DNA of 45,386 bases, from NCBI GenBank assembly GCA_021790475.1, contig JAJYDU010000002.1, positions 1 to 45,386 on the forward strand, written 5' to 3'. Below are positions 9,421 to 17,617 of this stretch, in pieces. How positions within the stretch are numbered: position 1 is the stretch's first letter; each line of letters begins with the position of its first letter. The DNA comes from Planctomycetota bacterium (GTDB lineage Bacteria > Planctomycetota > Phycisphaerae > WQYP01). A model generated the notes under the pieces. It searched no databases. It saw only the letters and a list, made by a program, of their open reading frames with translations, and was not told the origin of the DNA. A program made the position numbers and the translations under genes.

Positions 9421-9555
9421 CGCGTAGCTCCAACTCGCCGCTCCAGATTGCTCAATCGCTCCGCTCGCAAAAATTCAGATACCGGCGCAACTGTTCTACG
9501 CAAAGCTCGGTCGTCACGCTGCCTTTCGCCTGCGCATCAGCAGTCCCAGTCCGCC

Positions 9556-9596
9556 CGCGGCGCAGCCGCCGCTCTACTCTCAACTCTCTACTTTCT
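9556..9596 (-). repeat. Copy E of the tail repeat, used as the real 3' end of PEP-CTERM gene 3
   Basis: cgcggcgcagccgccgctctactctcaactctctactttct. From 9580 onward it encodes ...KKVES-stop. Confidence 0.85.
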
Positions 9597-10500
9597 TTCG
9601 CCGGCGCATCAGCAATCCCAGCCCGCCCACCGCCAGCAGCGCCAGGGTGGCTGGTTCGGGGATTACCGTGTAACCCCAACTTATGGCTTGATTTCCGACA
9701 AGGATGTAATTCTTCCCACTTTGTAGGGCATTCCAAGTCGGAATGGTCAAGAAATGTAAGTACGTTCCAGGCCAGGCACTCCCAACGGTTGGATTATCTT
9801 TGAAGGTCGTCGAATAGGCTGGTCCGCCGTTAGAGTCGTAATAGGGTCCGACCGACTTACTGCCAGGCACGTCACCATTGTCGAGTTGCCAGTAGCCGGA
9901 GAAACCATTGATTTGGTAGCCGAAAGGTTTGTAGTTTGTTTCTTTCGTAGCGTACTGTTGACTTTCATTAAGCAATTGCAGCCAGTGAGGAGTTGCTCCG
10001 GCTGGTGAATTTGTGTTGCCGAGGCTCAGGGTGAATTGGACAGGTTCTGCAATCTGTCCACCTGGTTGTGCCGGTGTAACCGACAGGCTGTAAGTAGTAA
10101 CGTTGAAATTTGAGGTACTGCCAAGGCTGACGGGGTTGGTTAACGGGGCCGGGGGGGGAAACGAGTAATACCATCCGTTGGCCGTGGTAAACCCCTGGGC
10201 GTTCAACGTGGCCGTCAAGGCTTGATTCCATGTTCCCGCATTACTGCCGCTTACCAGAGTAAGCGTATCGGGGATCACAGAAACAGTCGGATTAGGCTGT
10301 GGCACTCTTACCGTCGGCGGTGTGGCCGTCGCCCCATTGCTGAAGCTTAGGTTCGCTCGTGCCTGGTCGTAACCGCCTCTCGCCAGTACAGCGCAGAAAA
10401 TAACTAATAAACCCGCGGATTTTATTCTCCGCCGGATGGATATCATATTTTTCGCTTTCCTCACCGCTCGTGAAACCTGTTGGTTTGTGATACCTGCCAT
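9580..10500 (-). CDS. PEP-CTERM sorting-domain secreted protein (gene 3)
   Basis: The N-terminus MAGITNQQVSRAVRKAK... is shared with gene 4 (ITNxQVS). There is a hydrophobic signal segment, and the C-terminus is IPEPATLALLAVGGLGLLMRRRKKVES. Confidence 0.85.
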   Translation of the reverse strand: MAGITNQQVSRAVRKAKNMISIRRRIKSAGLLVIFCAVLARGGYDQARANLSFSNGATATPPTVRVPQPNPTVSVIPDTLTLVSGSNAGTWNQALTATLNAQGFTTANGWYYSFPPPAPLTNPVSLGSTSNFNVTTYSLSVTPAQPGGQIAEPVQFTLSLGNTNSPAGATPHWLQLLNESQQYATKETNYKPFGYQINGFSGYWQLDNGDVPGSKSVGPYYDSNGGPAYSTTFKDNPTVGSAWPGTYLHFLTIPTWNALQSGKNYILVGNQAISWGYTVIPEPATLALLAVGGLGLLMRRRKKVES

Positions 10501-10580
10501 GGAAATTCCTCCTCACAAAGAAATACATTTTTGCGCGGCCTCCGGCGTGTGCCGAAAAAAAGCCGCTTATATAAGACCTG
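10501..10580 (-). promoter_or_regulatory. Conserved leader module L2 upstream of PEP-CTERM gene 3
   Basis: It has the same GTGAGGAGGAATTTCC-ATG RBS, a partly degenerate palindrome (ccggcgtgtgccg) and a TTATATAAG box as L1. Homology to L1 continues for about 215 bp, to 10715. Confidence 0.6.
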
Positions 10581-10628
10581 CCGACCGGCGGCCACGCGCG
10601 TGGCCAATAACCGCTCCGCGGTCTGAAA

Positions 10629-10655
10629 GCGGCAGCGGACGTTCCCGCCGGCCGC
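10629..10655 (-). terminator. GC hairpin followed by TTT on the minus strand, downstream of PEP-CTERM gene 4
   Basis: gcggcagcgg-acgttc-ccgccggccgc is the homolog of 9394-9420 and lies 64-90 nt after the gene 4 stop. Confidence 0.4.
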
Positions 10656-10718
10656 CGCGTTACTCAATTCCGCCGCTCCTCTTGCTCCTCGCTCCGCTCG
10701 CGGAAATTCAGATACCCT

Positions 10719-11786
10719 TCATGCCGCCTTTCGCCTGCGCATCAGCAATCCCAGCCCGCCAACCGCCAGCAACGCCACGGTGGCTGGTTCGGGTATAGGA
10801 ACAGGGCTTTCCGCCAAGACTCCCGCAATTACCCCGTAGCCTGCTCCGGCCAGGTTGTCATCGGCCGGGACCAGAGAGGCCCCGCCTTTGTAACCGAACA
10901 ATAAATAGCCGGGGTTGTTGGGGTTGGTGTTGGCAAGTTTCTCCAGAGAAAGGCTTGTAAGGTCTGGAGCATCTCCAGTCCCATAGGTAATGCTTCCGCC
11001 AACGCTGTTGGTAGGGTCGACAAAGCTGATTGAGCTGTTTGCGCCCCCATTGGTTGTAACGTCGTAATTGATTCCTGTCAGTGTAACACAATGACCTCCT
11101 CCTGTTGGTTTACCAGTTGAATCCGTCCATTGGAAGAATAGCTCCACATCCTCGCCAGCCTGGAGCTGCTGCTGGAGGAATGTGGCTGTTGGTATTTGAT
11201 TTGTGACTCCGCCGATCCATGGGCCATTGGGGTTTTGTTGCGTGCCAACACCAGGGGCGGCTTGCCCAACGGTTTGGATCGCGTATTTTTGTCCGGTGTT
11301 ACTTGTTATTCCTCCCGGAAAATTGTTCTGAAGGTACTTCTCTTTTCCCAAGTACGCATTGTTGAAGGTCGTGCCAGGACCGGGGGGAAAGGGCGTGCCG
11401 GGGGGCTGTGTGTTCATATAACCCGCGGAAGCCAGGGATTTTATTGAGCCATAGGGGTTGCCCAAGTTGTAAAGGGGAGGAAGCCCGTAATTCCTCATGA
11501 GAAAATTAAACGAGTTGACGGTAGCGGTTGGGACACAAGCCTCTGGCGCTATTGGCCCAAGGAGATATGTGCCGCCTGGTGGAGCGGTTGTAGTGTTTGT
11601 TGCATTTTGATCGAAATGTCCAAACAAATTCCCATTCGCTGTCTCATTTGCAAACAAAATATTATCCGCCGATAGGCGAGGCTGATAAAAGGACAAGCAC
11701 ATTGCTGTCGCCGCCAGCGACAGAATCGCCGCCGTTCTCGCCCGTCTCCGCCCCTGGGAAACCTGATGGTTTGTGATACGTTTCAT
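10719..11786 (-). CDS. PEP-CTERM sorting-domain secreted protein (gene 4), possibly with a papain-like Cys/His domain
   Basis: N-terminus MKRITNHQVSQGRRRARTAAILSLAATAM and C-terminus IPEPATVALLAVGGLGLLMRRRKAA. Internal EACVPTATVNSFNFLMRNYG and GGGHCVTLTG blocks resemble the Cys and His blocks of C39-like/papain-like peptidases (motif-level impression only). Confidence 0.8.
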   Translation of the reverse strand: MKRITNHQVSQGRRRARTAAILSLAATAMCLSFYQPRLSADNILFANETANGNLFGHFDQNATNTTTAPPGGTYLLGPIAPEACVPTATVNSFNFLMRNYGLPPLYNLGNPYGSIKSLASAGYMNTQPPGTPFPPGPGTTFNNAYLGKEKYLQNNFPGGITSNTGQKYAIQTVGQAAPGVGTQQNPNGPWIGGVTNQIPTATFLQQQLQAGEDVELFFQWTDSTGKPTGGGHCVTLTGINYDVTTNGGANSSISFVDPTNSVGGSITYGTGDAPDLTSLSLEKLANTNPNNPGYLLFGYKGGASLVPADDNLAGAGYGVIAGVLAESPVPIPEPATVALLAVGGLGLLMRRRKAA

Positions 11787-11860
11787 GGAAATTCCTCCTC
11801 ACAAAGAAATATGTTTTCGCGCAGCCTCCGGCGCTCGCCGGAAAAACAACCGCGCATACA
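11787..11860 (-). promoter_or_regulatory. Conserved leader module L3 upstream of PEP-CTERM gene 4
   Basis: catggaaattcctcctcacaaagaaatatgttttcgcgcagcctccggcgctcgccggaaaaac has the same RBS and a perfect CCGGCG-CT-CGCCGG palindrome. Similarity to L1/L2 stops after about 70 bp. Confidence 0.55.
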
Positions 11861-12274
11861 AGCATGAACACAAATCAATACACGAAGCCACGAACAGGCT
11901 CCCGTGCCGCATCCGTGCGATGGTCTACTGAATTGGCCTTCGAGAATTTTGACATCCCGCCCGAAGGTCCATTCTCCCCCTGCTCTCTTTGATCGAGGTG
12001 CAGGGTTAATCTATACGTTATTATAATCCACTTCCGATAAATGTCAAGTTGGAACCCATATAAATTCTATAGATGTGATATAACTAATGGCAAAACAAGC
12101 ACTTACGAGAGATAAATTTTTCAGAAAATTATAAAATTCATGTTGGACAATGAAATGGAAAGAAATCCGCAGCATGAGTTTAGCCGCGGGACCTGTCCCG
12201 CGCGTGGCCGGAAAGTTCACACACGGAGGCGTTTTTGAACCGCCAGGACACGGTTTAGCCGCGGACCGTTGGCC

Positions 12275-12910
12275 CTACTTATGCACGTGAATAACTCGCT
12301 GGGCGGTGAAAACCCGGCCGGTGAGAGCATCGACAAACTGCGCGTGGAACGTGATTTCATCGTGTCGCGGCGGTTTTTTCCAGGGACAATCAAACGCGAA
12401 CTGATTAAGCCCTAATATGCCATACCACGCCTTTTTTGCCTCGGCCGGGGTAAACGTCCATTGGCCGATACGTTGCGAACCGTGCGCCAAAGCCAGATCA
12501 AACGCTTCGATGGTAAATGTACCGGTTGCCGGCAGGGGGATATTGCCCGCCATAAGGGTCCGAACGAACACGCGGAACCCCCCTGGGTTCTTGGCGCCGC
12601 GTAACCGGGCGATTCGTGTATCGGCGCCGATGCGAATCCGCTGGACGGTAAAAAGCTGCCGGAGGCGGTTTGCTGAAAGTGTGGGCAAATGCGGCGTTTT
12701 GGCGGCAAGTTGCCGCTCGAGTTCGTGGATTTCATGGAGTTTGAGTCGGAGTTTTTCTTTCAGAGAAACAATGGTGTTATGCAACGCCACGTTCTGTTGA
12801 TACAGCGGCGCGTTTTTGGCGTAGTTGGCGCAGCCGCCCAAAACCAACAGGACGCCGGCGACGATGGCGCTCCACTGGAAATATTTTTGGGGCGAAATAT
12901 TAAACCGCAC
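12275..12910 (-). CDS. Lipoprotein of unknown function (coiled-coil N-region), downstream of clpP
   Basis: Lipobox LVLGGC follows a hydrophobic segment (FQWSAIVAGVLLVLGGCANY). There is no ATG upstream of the signal. The GTG at 12910 is preceded by GGAGG at 6-nt spacing, whereas the ORF-track start at 12988 is a TTG. Confidence 0.6.
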   Translation of the reverse strand: MRFNISPQKYFQWSAIVAGVLLVLGGCANYAKNAPLYQQNVALHNTIVSLKEKLRLKLHEIHELERQLAAKTPHLPTLSANRLRQLFTVQRIRIGADTRIARLRGAKNPGGFRVFVRTLMAGNIPLPATGTFTIEAFDLALAHGSQRIGQWTFTPAEAKKAWYGILGLNQFAFDCPWKKPPRHDEITFHAQFVDALTGRVFTAQRVIHVHK

Positions 12911-12990
12911 ATTCCACCTCCGAATCCGCGTGTTTCCAAAACCCTCCCGCCGGCCACCGGGATACGCCGAAGCCGCTTTTCCACGCAATT

Positions 12991-13710
12991 TTACCGGTCC
13001 GTTCCATCCGGTTCGTTCTCGGGCGGCGCCAGATCGCCGCCGCGTACGGAAGCAAGCGGGAGCATCCGCGCGAGTTTTTGGTCGATGACTCCGTACTGGA
13101 TGGCTTCATCGGCCTCCAGCCACAGGTTGCGATCGCAATCTTTATGAACCTTTTCGATGCTCTGGCCGGTGTGGGCGGAGAGAATCTCGAACATCCGTTG
13201 GCGCAGGCGGATCATTTCGCGGGCCTCGATGGAAAGGTCCGTGGCCGTCCCCTGCATCACGCCGGAAATCAGCGGCTGGTGGAGCATCACGCGGCTGTTG
13301 GGCAGAGCATAGCGCTTGCCTTTTTTACCCGCCGCCAGAAGCCATGCGCCCATGCTGGCCGCCAAGCCCACGCAGGTGGTGGCCACATCGCAGCGGAGAA
13401 ACTGCATGGTGTCGTAAATGGCCAGCCCCGCCGTCACGGATCCGCCGGCGCTGTTGATGTAGAAGTTGATGTCCGTTTTCGAGTCATCGTTGGACAGGAA
13501 CAAAAACTGGGCGATGATAAGATTCGCCATTTCGTCATCGACTACGCCGGCCAGAAACACCACGCGGTCCCGCAGCAATCGCGAGAATATGTCATACGAT
13601 CTCTCGCCGCGGCCGCTGCGTTCAACCACAATCGGAACCAGGTTATTGGCCTGGGGATTATCGCGCAGCGCCCGTCGAATGATGGCCGCCGGATCATCAT
13701 ACCGCGTCAT
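12991..13710 (-). CDS. clpP: ATP-dependent Clp protease proteolytic subunit
   Basis: [20 protein letters not shown], the GLAASMGA (Ser) and MLHQPL (His) catalytic blocks, and a C-terminal ~35-aa extension. Confidence 0.93.
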   Translation of the reverse strand: MTRYDDPAAIIRRALRDNPQANNLVPIVVERSGRGERSYDIFSRLLRDRVVFLAGVVDDEMANLIIAQFLFLSNDDSKTDINFYINSAGGSVTAGLAIYDTMQFLRCDVATTCVGLAASMGAWLLAAGKKGKRYALPNSRVMLHQPLISGVMQGTATDLSIEAREMIRLRQRMFEILSAHTGQSIEKVHKDCDRNLWLEADEAIQYGVIDQKLARMLPLASVRGGDLAPPENEPDGTDR

Positions 13711-13798
13711 ACAAAGTCTCCTTGGATGAAGGAACTTCCTCCATTCTGTCTAAGCGTAGCCGAGGTCATGTCCGTCGGCAATCCCGATGGCCCTCCCC

Positions 13799-16700
13799 TC
13801 AGGGGTCGGCGCGGCGATATTCATTCTCTCTCTCCGGCGGCGCGGAAACCACAAAATCCACCGCCTTGCGGCCGCTAAGGGGGGGTATATTCCGGTAATT
13901 GCCGTACAGGCGATCAAAACGACACATACTTTTGAAATCGCAATATTTGCAGGCCGTTTCTTTTCTCCATTGATATGGCGCCGGCGCTATCCGGCCATGA
14001 TGGATATCCTCCGCCAGCCGTCCGATTGTATCCGCGGCAACGGTCAATAACTTTTCAAATACGGATGCGGGCAAACCGTCGTGTCCAGTTCGGGCCGCTG
14101 TGGCGTCTTGTTTGATATAGGCTCGGAACCATGCGCTGCGCCCGCCATTTTCCATTCCCGGCGCCAGCCTGTCCAGATGCTCATTCATAAAAAAACCATG
14201 CGGCCGGCATTCCGCGAAGAATTGATCGTCTGCGTAAGAAACATTCGCGGAACTCTTGTTCCACGGGGGTGTAAGCGTCTGGTAGAACGCTCCGAACGGC
14301 CGTGGCGGCGTTATAGCCGCGGGGGTCCTTTGCCGCAGCGCCAGAATGTAACTGGCCAACTGCAAATCCAGACCCGCCCGCATTTTGACCGCGTTAAAAA
14401 CCGTCTCGGCCGCGTGCTTGTAATCCATCACAATCGCAAAACCTTCCGCATCGGCATCGATGCGATCAATCTTGCCGCGCAGTTCGGCCACCCGGCCGTC
14501 CGCAAGCGAAATCCGCAGCGCCGGCAGTGCCGGAATTCCCGCCGCCCGTTCCGGCGGGCGTGCCGCCTGTTCCGCCAGGTGAAATTCTCCAAACGGAACC
14601 TCCACTCCCACCGGCCGCAACTTGTTTTTCCGGGCGCCGCGCCGCTGGGCTTCCAGCAGAAATTCCAGATTCCGCCGCAGGGACCGCAGCTTCGCCTGCG
14701 CTTCGGGCTGGGCGGCAAAAAGTTCCGCCCGCAAGATTGCGGATTCTTCACGGATGATCGCCTCGATCCTTTGCTTAAGCCGCTTTTCATCCCAGTTCGG
14801 CCAGCGGCTGGATTCGGGAACCGGGCTGTCCGGCGCCAGCTCGGCGATTACGCCGGCATAAAATCGCTCCAGCACACGGTGATACAATTGACCCAGGTCG
14901 CGCGCTTCCAGCGCCAGTTCCGGCCGCTCCCGCAGACCTAATGTATAGGAAAAGAAATATTTCAATGGGCAGGCGGCGAAGGTTGAAAGCCGGCTTACGC
15001 TCAACGATATTTTACGATCCGCCGGTTGCCCGGCCGGGTCCTGGCGAAGCGCGGGAATAGTTTGCCGATTCATGCCGCGCCAACCGCTCTGGATCAGCCG
15101 TTTGATTTCCGGATCGCGCCGCTCCCGCAACCACTCATACGCGAGCATCGCCAGGCGTTGATCCGGCAGGCTATTCTGGCTATCGGTATCAGTAGCGCCG
15201 GGCCACAGGCTTCGTTCCGACGCCTCCCGCAGAGAGTCCAACAGAGCTTCCACCACGTCCCGGGCGGCGGCGGCTTGCGGCAGGCGCAGGCGCTTTCCCG
15301 CAAGATTTTTTTCTGATACGTCCGGTAATTGGCGCAATTGGCGTATATAGGCCGAGGGCGTCGTCCGGCGACCCGCGTCATCCGTTTCCGGCCAACTAAC
15401 GACAAGCTGCCGGCTGGCGCGGGTAAAAGCCACATAATCGAAAAACCGGCTCTCCAACAAGCCGGCGTCGCCGCCGGCGTTCACAGAACCCGGCGCGAAT
15501 CGCTCCAGCAGTCGGCGCTGTCGATCATCCAGCATGGGGTCCTCGGGTCTGGTCTGCGGTAACCGGGTTTCAATTGCTCCCAGCACGATCACCATCTGGA
15601 GTTCCGGATGGCGTGACCGCTGCGCGGAGCTTATCAATACCTGATCCAACGCCGGGGGAATCAGGCCCATGGTGAGGGTTTGCAGGCTCATCCACAGCAA
15701 TTCGCCAAAATGCGCCATATCCATAGCCTCTGAGGCCAGAATATCCCGCATGGCCGAGAGAAGTTCCCGGCATTGCTTCCAGGCCTGCTCGTGAATTTGC
15801 GCCAGTTCCGGTTTGCCGTCGGCCAGGGCCGTGGCCATCCATGTTTCCAGCGATTTTTTGACGCCCAGCCTGTCCAGCAAGGCGATTAATCCCGCCGCTA
15901 ATTGACTGCCCGTACCAGCATGGGCGGGATTCACCGTCCGTTCCATCCAGGCTTTAAGCCCGCAATGCAACATCGCCCGCGCCCGGTTGGCCGCTTCGAT
16001 CTGCTCAGTCTGCCGGTTTTGAGAGATGGCGGGATCGGCATCGGAATCCGCCGGCAGCGCCTGCCACCGCCGGCGTTGCGATAGATCATCGCCATCGATG
16101 CCGTGCGCCAGCATGTAGTTTTCCATCGCAAAGGCGTCGTCCGGGGTGATACCCGCCAGGCCGGTTTTGACCAGCGCCAGCACCTCGGCGCGGGTATAAC
16201 GGCCAGTGGCCAGCGCCACAGCGCTCCGCAGGAGTTCCACCAGCGGATGATGCGCCAGCGATTTTCGCTGATCGATGAAATGAGGAATGTTCCGGGCGGA
16301 AAATATCCGGTGAATCGGCTCTTCATAGAGGCTTAAATCACCGACCACCAGCCCCATCCGGCGATAGCGTATCCCCCGCGCCGCACAACGCTGAATATGT
16401 CGGGCCGCCGCCAGAACTTCCTCCTGCAAATTCCCGCATGACCAGAGTTCAATCGCCGGCGACTCGGCTGCCACCGCGGGGGCACAAGTCTCCGGAGGAG
16501 TCGGGATTTGTGCCGGTATGCCGTCCGGTGGAACGTTTTGATTTTTCGCCGGGACTGGCGCTGCTTGATCGGCAAACAGCCTCTGTTCCACCCACACCAG
16601 CCCCGGCGCTGCCAGACGGTGCTGCCCGGTCAGCGTCAAAGGCGGTTCCAGGGAAACTCCCGCTTTTTCAAAAGCCCGCAGCAGCCTTTGATAGAACAGT

Positions 16701-17479
16701 TCCGTGCGATAAAAGAATCCCATTTCGTCCGGGCCAACAAGCGGGTTGCGGATGGCGGCGGCGTGCGGATCCGCCAGCAGGGTGATCGTCACGGTCCGCG
16801 CCTGGCGGGCGAGCTGGGCGAGCAGTTCCATTTCCGGCACGTTCAGGGAGCTGAAGGCATCAACGAATATAAATGAATCGGTCAGGATGGCCCGGGACCG
16901 GAGTTTTTCAGCCACCAGCCCGGGCAGGGTTTCGCCATCCAGCGCCCCGGCGCGTGCCACTTCTTCCCAGTGTTGGAGAATGATCGCCAGATCGTGCAAC
17001 TTCTGCGCCAGGACCGGATCCGCCGGCGGCTCCCGGGCCGCCTGATCCGCCAATGTCCGCAATGAAGCCGGCGTCTGCCCGTTCTGAACCAGTTCCGCCA
17101 CCATCGCGTCCAAAGGAATGAGAAATCCCGGTTGCTCCGCGGCGGATCGAAAAATTGTCAGCGATTCGCGGCAGCGCCGCAACGCCTGCGCCAGGAACAG
17201 CCGCCGCGACACCGGGGTTAACTCGCCATGTATGGATATACCCAAATCCGGAGCCAGCATCCGGCACAACCGCTTGCAACCGAGTACGCGCACGCGGAAC
17301 GTGCCGGCCATTCGCGGATCGGTCATCAGCCGCCGCTCCGACAGGAACGACGCCTGCTCGGGCACGAGCCAGAAAAGGGGCGGACCCAATGGGTGGGCCA
17401 GCGACTCGCGCACCAGTGCTTCCACGCAATAGTGCGTTTTGCCGCTGCCCGCCCGCCCGATGACGAATCGCACCGCCAT
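13799..17479 (-). CDS. addB: AddB/RexB-type helicase-nuclease subunit (PD-(D/E)XK nuclease with Fe-S cluster)
   Basis: N-terminal Walker A (IGRAGSGKTHYC), a C-terminal nuclease block (IVMDYKHA) and the AddB-type cysteine set (CPLKYFF ... CKYCDFKSMC). Length is 1226 aa. Confidence 0.8.
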   Translation of the reverse strand: MAVRFVIGRAGSGKTHYCVEALVRESLAHPLGPPLFWLVPEQASFLSERRLMTDPRMAGTFRVRVLGCKRLCRMLAPDLGISIHGELTPVSRRLFLAQALRRCRESLTIFRSAAEQPGFLIPLDAMVAELVQNGQTPASLRTLADQAAREPPADPVLAQKLHDLAIILQHWEEVARAGALDGETLPGLVAEKLRSRAILTDSFIFVDAFSSLNVPEMELLAQLARQARTVTITLLADPHAAAIRNPLVGPDEMGFFYRTELFYQRLLRAFEKAGVSLEPPLTLTGQHRLAAPGLVWVEQRLFADQAAPVPAKNQNVPPDGIPAQIPTPPETCAPAVAAESPAIELWSCGNLQEEVLAAARHIQRCAARGIRYRRMGLVVGDLSLYEEPIHRIFSARNIPHFIDQRKSLAHHPLVELLRSAVALATGRYTRAEVLALVKTGLAGITPDDAFAMENYMLAHGIDGDDLSQRRRWQALPADSDADPAISQNRQTEQIEAANRARAMLHCGLKAWMERTVNPAHAGTGSQLAAGLIALLDRLGVKKSLETWMATALADGKPELAQIHEQAWKQCRELLSAMRDILASEAMDMAHFGELLWMSLQTLTMGLIPPALDQVLISSAQRSRHPELQMVIVLGAIETRLPQTRPEDPMLDDRQRRLLERFAPGSVNAGGDAGLLESRFFDYVAFTRASRQLVVSWPETDDAGRRTTPSAYIRQLRQLPDVSEKNLAGKRLRLPQAAAARDVVEALLDSLREASERSLWPGATDTDSQNSLPDQRLAMLAYEWLRERRDPEIKRLIQSGWRGMNRQTIPALRQDPAGQPADRKISLSVSRLSTFAACPLKYFFSYTLGLRERPELALEARDLGQLYHRVLERFYAGVIAELAPDSPVPESSRWPNWDEKRLKQRIEAIIREESAILRAELFAAQPEAQAKLRSLRRNLEFLLEAQRRGARKNKLRPVGVEVPFGEFHLAEQAARPPERAAGIPALPALRISLADGRVAELRGKIDRIDADAEGFAIVMDYKHAAETVFNAVKMRAGLDLQLASYILALRQRTPAAITPPRPFGAFYQTLTPPWNKSSANVSYADDQFFAECRPHGFFMNEHLDRLAPGMENGGRSAWFRAYIKQDATAARTGHDGLPASVFEKLLTVAADTIGRLAEDIHHGRIAPAPYQWRKETACKYCDFKSMCRFDRLYGNYRNIPPLSGRKAVDFVVSAPPERENEYRRADP

Positions 17480-17617
17480 GAATTAACCTCCGTGTCGAAC
17501 TGACGGTATACTGCCGGCAGGCGCCGGGCAAGTCCGCCGCGGCGTCGCCGTTCGGGCGCAGAGTGGATCGCGCGCTTCCGGCATGGCGGTATCATCATCC
17601 GTTGCGGAAATTACAAC

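Noticed and set aside
7293-9600. Possibility that the ~41-bp repeats form a CRISPR array
   Set aside because: Spacing is irregular (3 bp to about 1 kb), two copies overlap coding 3' ends, and there is no uniform spacer length or nearby cas gene.
7036-9803. Several + strand ORFs spanning the PEP-CTERM intergenic regions (7036..7551, 8322..8783, 9255..9803, 9265..9726, 10436..10798)
   Set aside because: They read through the tail repeats, hairpins and leaders on the opposite strand to the real genes. Their mutual similarity is just the DNA repeats translated.
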